From: a virus
Length of the DNA: 64,000 bases
Reading direction: 5' to 3' (one strand)
Virus record (IMG/VR): IMGVR_UViG_3300011261_000048
Coordinates: 29,470-93,469 of that record
Shown piece by piece: positions 26,780-34,022 of this stretch. Below the pieces are notes generated by a model. It had not been told where the DNA came from. It ran no database searches and was given only the letters and a program-made list of their open reading frames with translations. The first letter of the stretch is position 1, and each line of letters begins with the position of its first letter. The translations under genes and the position numbers were made by a program.

Positions 26780-27137
26780 TAACGATTGCAATATGTTTAG
26801 TTACGGATTAATAATAACTTAAAATTTTATAAAATGGAAAATACGATAAACAAATACACAGAGAAACTTGCGATATTAAAAGAGAATAGAGAAAAAACAG
26901 TAGATACTAATACTGATGCAGAAAATGAACTATACGACCAACTAATTAAGCAAGTTGCGGAGTTTGTTAGAGACTTGAAGCAATTAAATATATTATGTGT
27001 TAGCAACTGCAGGGAACTGTTACTTGCTTTCGCTGAATATTGGAATGGATGTAATAACTCTTTAATTGAAGAAACAAACATTGATGAGTTTCTTAAAAGC
27101 AAGTAATTGTTGCTAACGGACAAGAATATGAAGCGTT
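26780..27137 (+). mobile_element. attC-like inverted-repeat/cassette relic overlapping ORF 26834-27106
   Basis: TAAC..AATATGTTTAGTTAC / GCAATTAAATATATT..GTTAG arms; GTTAGCAAC...GTTGCTAAC perfect inverted repeat. Confidence 0.45.
26834..27106 (+). CDS. Hypothetical protein spanning the attC-like junction
   Basis: 90 aa; junction peptide LCVSNCRELLLAF. Confidence 0.65.
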   Translation: MENTINKYTEKLAILKENREKTVDTNTDAENELYDQLIKQVAEFVRDLKQLNILCVSNCRELLLAFAEYWNGCNNSLIEETNIDEFLKSK

Positions 27138-27176
27138 TTAATGCTTTGCAAATAATTAATAAATAACTTTACAAAA

Positions 27177-28142
27177 ATGAGAAAAGTAACAAAAGATGAA
27201 GTAATAGAAAAATATAAAGATGCATTACGAATAAAAAGTACATTTGGACACCCTTTTACACTTGACTTAAGTACTTTACATGGCAATGGTAGTTCTTGGT
27301 ATGTAAAAGATGGTGTGGATATGGTTAGAAACATATATACGGCTACTGAAAATGAGCCGTGGGGAGAAATAATAACATTTAAAGCTAAATCTAATGTAGT
27401 AACAGATGAACATTTAAAGCACTTTAACTACGAGTACCCAAAAGAAGTATTAGAATTATGGTGTAAAGAGCAAGTATTACAAGGTAATAAATTTGACCCT
27501 ACTAAACTTAAAAAGGATAAAGGCTCAGGTGGGGTGCTTTGGCGTACATCTACTCAAGGACATAGTTTCTGGCAACGGATAATAGAGGATAAAATGTTTG
27601 ATAGTGCACGTATACCTGCACCTAGGCCTACTGAATATGCCTATAAACATAACTACCCTCCTAAAGTTAATGAAACAAAGAAAGTAGTTTGGTACAGAAT
27701 AGTAAAGCCTTTACATTATGACGGGGAGCCAAGGGTATTAGTTAAGTCTTCTAAACCTCTTCCTGAAGTAGGTGATATTTCTTGGGAAATTACCCCTATT
27801 ACAGGGAAAAGTATAGACTGTATACATTTAGAGCGTAATAAATTCAGTGCTAATATAGATAAAAGCTGTGTAGTAGAAATAGATAATCCTTATGATTCTA
27901 AACCAACAGTACATGGTGGAAGTTGGATGGGATTAACTAGTGAAAACCATTTAGGTAAATCATTTGTAATTAATAGTGATAATGCAGGAAGTATACAGTT
28001 ACCATGGGAAACACATACGTATAGTAGTAAAACAGAACTAGTACCTAAAAAAGAATCTAGCTCTATGCTTAAAAAAATAGGGGAACCTATTATCTTTAAA
28101 AAGAAGAAAGAAAGAAAACGTAATTTAATAATAACCAAATAA
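27177..28142 (+). CDS. Mosaic hypothetical protein containing a capsid-like motif
   Basis: 321 aa; residues 250-260 WMGLTSENHLG. Confidence 0.7.
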   Translation: MRKVTKDEVIEKYKDALRIKSTFGHPFTLDLSTLHGNGSSWYVKDGVDMVRNIYTATENEPWGEIITFKAKSNVVTDEHLKHFNYEYPKEVLELWCKEQVLQGNKFDPTKLKKDKGSGGVLWRTSTQGHSFWQRIIEDKMFDSARIPAPRPTEYAYKHNYPPKVNETKKVVWYRIVKPLHYDGEPRVLVKSSKPLPEVGDISWEITPITGKSIDCIHLERNKFSANIDKSCVVEIDNPYDSKPTVHGGSWMGLTSENHLGKSFVINSDNAGSIQLPWETHTYSSKTELVPKKESSSMLKKIGEPIIFKKKKERKRNLIITK

Positions 28143-28151
28143 AAAGTAAAC

Positions 28152-28514
28152 ATGAGTTTAACAGAAGGAGTAACAGAAGGAGTATCGTATTTTGTAAAGC
28201 AAACTATTGCCTTGATGAAAGGAGATACAGATGAAGCATTAGCTTTAAAGAACAGAAAAAGAGCAATTGCTGGTATCAAAGCAGAATTAACTCAATTAGA
28301 GTTATTGAAAATGGATGCAGAGCAAGAAGTAGAAGATGCTGAAGCATTAGTGAAAGCTGCAAAGTTTCCAGTAGAATTAATTACTGACACTAAGAGCTAC
28401 ATCTTTAATCTTAAAGAATATTTAGGATTACTAGAGACTAGACAGGATGCTTTAGATGATGTAAATCATTCTATAGAATTTCAAACTGGTTTACTAGCTG
28501 AAATCTCTAAGTAA
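28152..28514 (+). CDS. Coiled-coil hypothetical protein
   Basis: 120 aa, heptad-like; terminator hairpin at 28521-28549. Confidence 0.7.
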   Translation: MSLTEGVTEGVSYFVKQTIALMKGDTDEALALKNRKRAIAGIKAELTQLELLKMDAEQEVEDAEALVKAAKFPVELITDTKSYIFNLKEYLGLLETRQDALDDVNHSIEFQTGLLAEISK

Positions 28515-28572
28515 AATTAAAACCCTCTCTTGAAATATAGGGAGGGTTATTATTAACCTAAAAAATCACAAT

Positions 28573-28782
28573 ATGATCACATTACCAATAATAATTACTT
28601 TAGTAGTTATACTATGGAATTATATAACCTACAGAAAATGTAGAAAAGTTAAAGCAAAATTTAACTTATTTGAAGCATGTGTATATGAGAAATGGAAAAC
28701 CACTAGGTATTTTATAAACACTTCTTACATTTGCTTACTTATAACAGCAATAGGACTATTAATAATATATTATTGTCCTTAG
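28573..28782 (+). CDS. Small membrane protein
   Basis: 69 aa, two hydrophobic segments. Confidence 0.6.
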   Translation: MITLPIIITLVVILWNYITYRKCRKVKAKFNLFEACVYEKWKTTRYFINTSYICLLITAIGLLIIYYCP

Positions 28783-28805
28783 TATTAATCTAAAAAATTA
28801 AAGAT

Positions 28806-29078
28806 ATGTTTGAATCAGAATGTAAAATATTATACCAAGATTATGATAAAAAGCATCTTAAGAGGTGTTTGAAAGTCCTAAAGAAAAGGCAACAGATGGA
28901 TCCAGATGATGAATTAGCATATCATATAAACTATCTTGAAGATAGAATTTACTTTTTAGCAATTACTAACAGTAGACTAGAAAGGCTTAGAAATTGGCTT
29001 GTAGAGTCAGCTGATTTATTCATAGTATTTTTTGGAATCTTAATGGCTATGCTATTATTATATATACTGATTAAATAG
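28806..29078 (+). CDS. Hypothetical protein with C-terminal TM segment
   Basis: 90 aa, hydrophobic C-terminus. Confidence 0.6.
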   Translation: MFESECKILYQDYDKKHLKRCLKVLKKRQQMDPDDELAYHINYLEDRIYFLAITNSRLERLRNWLVESADLFIVFFGILMAMLLLYILIK

Positions 29079-29079
29079 T

Positions 29080-29385
29080 ATGAAAGTAACAGCTAAGCAA
29101 GAAAAGAAGAAAGATTTAATATGGCATATGTGGAGTGTAAAGAAAATGACTTTTAGGGCTATTGCTAAAGAAGTAAAATTACCTTTAACCCATGTATACA
29201 ATACTGTTAATGCTAAAAAAGTACAACATAACTATAAGGAGAGTTATGCTATACCTATTGGCCTGGGTAATGCTAAAAATAAAGTAAACCTAAAAGTAAA
29301 TGATGAAATGGAGTATGGTACTCCTGTTTTTAAATGTACTTGGGATGATTTATCTAAAGCAGAACAACAGTTAGCAACAAATTAA
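29080..29385 (+). CDS. Putative HTH DNA-binding protein
   Basis: KMTFRAIAKEVKLPLTHVYNTV is HTH-like. Confidence 0.65.
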   Translation: MKVTAKQEKKKDLIWHMWSVKKMTFRAIAKEVKLPLTHVYNTVNAKKVQHNYKESYAIPIGLGNAKNKVNLKVNDEMEYGTPVFKCTWDDLSKAEQQLATN

Positions 29386-29497
29386 AGAAGTATACCCGAC
29401 AAGGAATACGTAGTCTATAGCCCTTTGAGGTTCACTGTAAATATAGTCTAGCCCTGATGAGTGTGAAGGGGCTTATTTAACAACTTAAAAATTAACA

Positions 29498-29812
29498 ATG
29501 AGTAAGAGAAAACCAAGACATCATTATGCTACCGCTAAGTACCCTACTAAAGTAATAATATTACCTAGGTTTGATGCTGAAGAAGATAATTATATGCAAT
29601 TTCAAAAAGAAACTGTATTAGTTACTCCTAACAAAGTGATAGATAAGGATACCGAAACAGAAAGATGGGAATACCCACATGAAGCATTAGCTAGAATAGA
29701 GAAACTAGCAGAGGCAAGAGTGGCCCAATTGAATATAGAGTATAAAACTAGTAATGGTTTTTATATTCTTAAGAAAGGAATACGTACTTCACGTAAAGTG
29801 AAGAATTATTAA
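29498..29812 (+). CDS. Hypothetical protein
   Basis: 104 aa ORF with A-rich leader. Confidence 0.6.
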   Translation: MSKRKPRHHYATAKYPTKVIILPRFDAEEDNYMQFQKETVLVTPNKVIDKDTETERWEYPHEALARIEKLAEARVAQLNIEYKTSNGFYILKKGIRTSRKVKNY

Positions 29813-29826
29813 CTAAACTAAATACA

Positions 29827-30261
29827 ATGGAAAAATCTACAAGAAAAGATATTATACTGAATATAATATTCTGGGCAATAGTAGTACTAGCTTTCCTATT
29901 TATGATAGGAGGCAGTTTACATGCACAGACTAAGAGTGAAGTATATAAGGAGATAATTAAACAGGGTATAAAACATCCTGATATAGTTATGGCCCAAGCT
30001 AGATTAGAAACAGGTAACTTTACTTCTGGTATTTGTAAGCGTAATAACAATTTGTTTGGTATGAAACTACCTAAACAAAGAAGAACTACAGCAATAGGAG
30101 AAAGTAAAGGGCATGCTAGGTATAATAACTGGAAGAAATCAGTAGAAGATTATAAAATTTGGCAAGATACCTTTTATAAAGAAGGAGATTATTATATTTT
30201 CTTAGAATCTCATGGTTATGCTACAAGTAATACCTATATTAGCAAACTAAAACAATTTTAA
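29827..30261 (+). CDS. Glucosaminidase-domain (GH73-like) peptidoglycan hydrolase with N-terminal TM/signal
   Basis: AQARLETG, NNLFGMK, W..SVEDY, GYAT...Y..KL motifs. Confidence 0.85.
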   Translation: MEKSTRKDIILNIIFWAIVVLAFLFMIGGSLHAQTKSEVYKEIIKQGIKHPDIVMAQARLETGNFTSGICKRNNNLFGMKLPKQRRTTAIGESKGHARYNNWKKSVEDYKIWQDTFYKEGDYYIFLESHGYATSNTYISKLKQF

Positions 30262-30263
30262 TA

Positions 30264-30437
30264 ATGGGAGATGAAAGTATAATGCCTTGGGGTATTCATC
30301 AAGGTAAACAAATGCAGGAAGTACCTGCTACCTATCTTATATTTCTATTAACAGAAAATAAGGCTAATGGAGAAGTACTAGAGTACATTCAAGAAAATGA
30401 AGAGACTTTAAGACTTGAGATAAAACAAGGACTATGA
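30264..30437 (+). CDS. DUF3820-like small protein (57 aa)
   Basis: Below the cutoff; MPWGIHQGKQMQEVPATYL resembles the MPFGKxKG...VPxxYL motif. Confidence 0.7.
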   Translation: MGDESIMPWGIHQGKQMQEVPATYLIFLLTENKANGEVLEYIQENEETLRLEIKQGL

Positions 30438-30751
30438 GTGAAATAGGGGACAGAAGTAATGAAGGTAAATTAAAATGGTCTTTAGTATCTTGGAAAGCAT
30501 TAGCTCCTATGGTAAAAGTACTAATGTTTGGAGCAACTAAATACTCTGCATGGAATTGGACTAAAGGACTTAAGTATACAGAAATCTGTGAAAGCCTTTT
30601 ACGGCACACACATGCCTTTTTAGAAGGAGAAGATGATGATCCAGAAAGTAAATTAGAACATGTAGGGCATATACTATGTAATGCAATGTTCTTATCATAT
30701 ATGTTTCTTTTTAAGAAAGATATGGATGATAGAGAAAAATTAAATAATTAA
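30434..30751 (+). CDS. dATP/dGTP diphosphohydrolase-domain protein (DUF5664-like)
   Basis: K..WSLV, FGATKYSAWNW.KG, SLLRH, GEDDDPES.L.H..H..CN motifs. Confidence 0.85.
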   Translation: MSEIGDRSNEGKLKWSLVSWKALAPMVKVLMFGATKYSAWNWTKGLKYTEICESLLRHTHAFLEGEDDDPESKLEHVGHILCNAMFLSYMFLFKKDMDDREKLNN

Positions 30752-30775
30752 AATAATATAAAAATATAGACACAT

Positions 30776-31135
30776 ATGGGAAATTTTAGCAGGAGATTAG
30801 ATTTTGTAGTAGGATTAATTACTGGGAGAACTAAGAAAGTAAAAGATAGTGAAGGTAGAGTAAGAGAAGAATTTGTTCCTAATCAATGGAATAAGCATCC
30901 TCTAATCTCTGTATTAGAGAAAGGTAGTCCAGATAAGACTAGGATGGAAATCTTAGAAAAGGAAGGATTAGTGCTACCAGCCTTAAATATCAATAGAGAT
31001 GTTTTTGGTAAAACACCAAGAGAGAAGAGATATCTTAAGAAACTTAAAGCTGAACATAAAAAGGCTTTAATTAATGCAGGATTTAATCCTAAGAAGAGAC
31101 TAAATGTGTCTGAACCTATGACCTTACATGCGTAA
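30776..31135 (+). CDS. Hypothetical basic protein
   Basis: 119 aa ORF. Confidence 0.6.
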   Translation: MGNFSRRLDFVVGLITGRTKKVKDSEGRVREEFVPNQWNKHPLISVLEKGSPDKTRMEILEKEGLVLPALNINRDVFGKTPREKRYLKKLKAEHKKALINAGFNPKKRLNVSEPMTLHA

Positions 31136-31198
31136 GGTTATTATAGTTTAGATAAACAATACTGAGGGCTACTACTATAGAAGTAGTCCTCTTTATAT

Positions 31199-31586
31199 GG
31201 GCCTGTTCTGGAATTGCTTTATGTAGGAAAATTATAATATCAGCAGTCAGTGGTGACTTTAAATACTGTAGGTGAATTTCAATAAACGGAAATACAATCA
31301 AAAATGAAGTTGGCTCTAGAGCTGACGTAGAAGCTCCAATGATTAAGTTCTTTGGAGGTGACGTAACAGAAGGTTCTGTTATTGCTCCAGCAATGGAGAT
31401 GGCTATTGCAGCCTAAACCCAAAATAGTTTCTTAGTTCTATAAAAACTAAGTGGTGGAGGTTAACATCTAATGTTGACCCTAGACTAATTCTGAAGTTAG
31501 TCTTTAAATAAGTATCAGAGTAAGCTGTATAAATATTATATTTAGAATATGTGAATACAAGGGTTCGACTCCCTTCAGGTCCACTA
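31199..31586 (+). ncRNA. ssrA: tmRNA
   Basis: GGGCCTG/CAGGTCC acceptor with G3.U wobble, AAGGG-TTCGACT-CCCTT T-arm, internal tag frame 31288-31416 ending MAIAA*. Confidence 0.92.
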
Positions 31587-31587
31587 C

Positions 31588-31687
31588 AATAGTTAAAAGC
31601 GAAAATCTTTGGATAAGTAGAGTAGGTAAGAGTTAGATCTGAGATTTACCTTCTCCCTTTGAATAACGTGAGTAACTTTTAACTATT
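31588..31687 (+). ncRNA. Candidate structured RNA directly after tmRNA
   Basis: Perfect 12-bp closing stem AATAGTTAAAAG / CTTTTAACTATT; inner AGGTAA/TTACCT. Confidence 0.45.
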
Positions 31688-31710
31688 TTTATTAACTTTA
31701 AAAACAAGCA

Positions 31711-32454
31711 ATGAAATATAAATTAATTAAAGAATATCCAGGAAGTCCTAAAAAGGGGTTTATTTCTAATAATGAAGGAGGAGTAAGTCATTATCATAAA
31801 GACCATCCTGACTTCTGGGAGGAAGTAGTTGAAAAAGATTATGAGATACTGTCAATTATATCCACTAAGTACAATAGTATATATGGTAGAGGAGAAATAC
31901 AAAATATTCATAGAAAAAATTATACACATAGTAATAATTTGGCAGATGATTCTCCTTGGAATATCCATTCAGTCAAAAGATTACATGATGGTGAAGTATT
32001 TAATGTTGGTGATAGTATCAATGTAATGCATCATCCTCATCACCCTAAAGGAGTTAAGATAAGATCTTTGACAGTAGATAAGGATTATATTTGTGTAAGT
32101 ACCACTGATGATATAGATAGTGCTTTTTCAGGTGGAGCAGGGTTTAACTTCTTAATAGCGGAACATAATATCAAACCATTATTCACAACAGAAGATGGTG
32201 TTGATATATTTAAGAATGACACTTATTATGTTGTTTGGAAAGATTTTACTTTTGCCTTAACAAACCAAGAACCTGGGAGTGAGGCAGTAAAAAGAGTTTT
32301 AACTAGATACTCAACACAAGAAAAAGCTGAAGAATATATTCTAATGAATAAACCTTGTTTATCTATTAAGGAAGTACAAGAAGCATACTATCTTAGTGCT
32401 AGAGAACATACTCATATAGATAAATTAATAACAATAGCAAAAAGTAAATTATGA
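31711..32454 (+). CDS. Hypothetical protein
   Basis: 247 aa; YKLIKEYPGSP, HSVKRL.DGEVF.VGD, LFTTEDGVDIF motifs. Confidence 0.7.
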   Translation: MKYKLIKEYPGSPKKGFISNNEGGVSHYHKDHPDFWEEVVEKDYEILSIISTKYNSIYGRGEIQNIHRKNYTHSNNLADDSPWNIHSVKRLHDGEVFNVGDSINVMHHPHHPKGVKIRSLTVDKDYICVSTTDDIDSAFSGGAGFNFLIAEHNIKPLFTTEDGVDIFKNDTYYVVWKDFTFALTNQEPGSEAVKRVLTRYSTQEKAEEYILMNKPCLSIKEVQEAYYLSAREHTHIDKLITIAKSKL

Positions 32455-32786
32455 AAAAATACATAGCAATAATGTTAGTAGTAATACTAACAAGTATTAG
32501 TTGTACAAAGATGACAACTAATAACAGAATAGAAGGAACATGGACTGCCAATGATATTGGTGTTGAACATGTAGAAACTTATTCTGATGGGTATATAATG
32601 AATGAAAATGGAGATACTACTTATATTTATGAAGTAATGTCTAAAGGTATAATTCATTATAATCAAGTGTTTCCTAATGATTCATTAGGTGCTTTAGAAG
32701 AATACACAATTATTTCTATAAGTAAAAAGGAAATGATTATAGAATATGGAGTTTTAGGTCAGAAAACCTGGAGTAAGAGAGATTAG
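32451..32786 (+). CDS. Putative lipoprotein (lipocalin-like)
   Basis: Signal peptide ending SISC, then IEGTW. Confidence 0.7.
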   Translation: MKKYIAIMLVVILTSISCTKMTTNNRIEGTWTANDIGVEHVETYSDGYIMNENGDTTYIYEVMSKGIIHYNQVFPNDSLGALEEYTIISISKKEMIIEYGVLGQKTWSKRD

Positions 32787-32833
32787 TGGGTTATGGTTTT
32801 CTACACTTAAACAAGAAATCCGTGGGTTAATAC

Positions 32834-32862
32834 GGTCCAGGTGTGATTACCTGGACCTTTTT
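32834..32862 (+). terminator. Intrinsic terminator
   Basis: GGTCCAGGT-GTGATT-ACCTGGACC-TTTTT. Confidence 0.8.
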
Positions 32863-32886
32863 ACATTAAAAATTAAAACAACTATA

Positions 32887-33108
32887 ATGAATAAAGAATT
32901 TACCGTAGAATATGCATGTGACTTTGAAGGAGATTACACTGCAAGTATAGTTAACTGTACTGAAACAAAAGAAAAAACTTTCAAGTGTTGGGAAACCGCA
33001 CTAAATTTTATAAATAAATGTACAATGGTACATAACTTAGACCAATTATTAAATGTAGTACCTATAGAGCTCGTCCCTGATGCTGTATATGAACCTACAT
33101 TTTATTAG
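32887..33108 (+). CDS. Hypothetical protein
   Basis: 73 aa ORF. Confidence 0.6.
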   Translation: MNKEFTVEYACDFEGDYTASIVNCTETKEKTFKCWETALNFINKCTMVHNLDQLLNVVPIELVPDAVYEPTFY

Positions 33109-33137
33109 GTAATTATTAATTAATTAAAAATAGACAT

Positions 33138-33431
33138 ATGTTAGACATAGGTACTAAATTTGAAGGCGCAGAACAATATGAAATGTGTGAATTACAAGTA
33201 GTTGATAATTCTCAATTTGAAGAGTCAGATATATATGAATGTATTATAACAAGTTCTCCAGAAGAAGATGAGATAGGAGACACTTGCTTTTTAGATTCGT
33301 ATGAAGTAGGAGATTTACTACGTCAAAGTTCTACAGGGACAATTGGAGTAGTAGTAATGAACTTTTCTTCTGCCCCATTATTTCAAACTTCAGAAATGAA
33401 CACAGCCATTATCTTAGGCTTAGTAAAGTAA
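33138..33431 (+). CDS. Acidic hypothetical protein
   Basis: 97 aa, strongly Asp/Glu-rich. Confidence 0.6.
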   Translation: MLDIGTKFEGAEQYEMCELQVVDNSQFEESDIYECIITSSPEEDEIGDTCFLDSYEVGDLLRQSSTGTIGVVVMNFSSAPLFQTSEMNTAIILGLVK

Positions 33432-33505
33432 GATAAATTAAATTACAATTTCAAGTAAACTACACGAAGTAGTTTGCAATTATTAATGTCACAAAAAATA
33501 TAAAC

Positions 33506-33796
33506 ATGGCAGCAACAAAAAAAGATGTATTGAGCTTAGCATTAGCTAACGTAAAGAAAACTGATATTGAAAGAGAATCAGAAGGAATCAGAAGAGCAGT
33601 AGCAGATAATGCTCATTCTTGGGGAAATGAATTACATAATGCAAAGAAAGCAGTTCAAACTGCAGGAGACAAGATTGCAGCATTAGCCTCTAATGTTAAC
33701 GCTACAGCAGCACAATGTCTACAAGCAAGTAGAGATTTGGCATTGGCGGAAGCTAATGTTAAAGCTATTGAAGAATTAATGGCAGTAAGATTTTAA
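33506..33796 (+). CDS. Ala-rich coiled-coil protein
   Basis: 96 aa; terminator hairpin at 33816-33844. Confidence 0.7.
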   Translation: MAATKKDVLSLALANVKKTDIERESEGIRRAVADNAHSWGNELHNAKKAVQTAGDKIAALASNVNATAAQCLQASRDLALAEANVKAIEELMAVRF

Positions 33797-33840
33797 TTAA
33801 TCTTATGATTATTATGCCCTCTACTTAATTGTAGGGGGCT

Positions 33841-34008
33841 TTTTATTAAATACTAGATTTGAGTTCGAATCTTGATAAGACTACGATAATCGCAGTTTTT
33901 CTTATCCTCTCTTCAACGATTAGAAATATTGAAAGACGGGATAAAGCAGCTATGCTTTGAAATAGCATTTAGTCTTATGGTATAAGGTATTACGAGTATT
34001 TAATAAAA
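33841..34008 (+). ncRNA. Circularly permuted tRNA-like RNA (YrlA-like topology)
   Basis: T-arm and 3' acceptor strand precede the 5' acceptor strand and D-arm; 14-bp terminal helix in place of the anticodon arm. Confidence 0.7.
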
Positions 34009-34022
34009 AATAATTAATTTAA

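Noticed and set aside
29419-29474. Hammerhead ribozyme (CTGATGA at about 29454)
   Set aside because: No correctly placed GAAA or three-stem junction; only an AGCCCTT/AGGGGCT-closed hairpin is supportable
30434-30751. 2-aminoadenine (Z) genome pathway
   Set aside because: No PurZ or DatZ-like gene in the window; this domain alone is insufficient
33841-34008. Two-piece permuted tmRNA
   Set aside because: No G3.U alanine identity pair or tag frame, and a normal tmRNA is present at 31199
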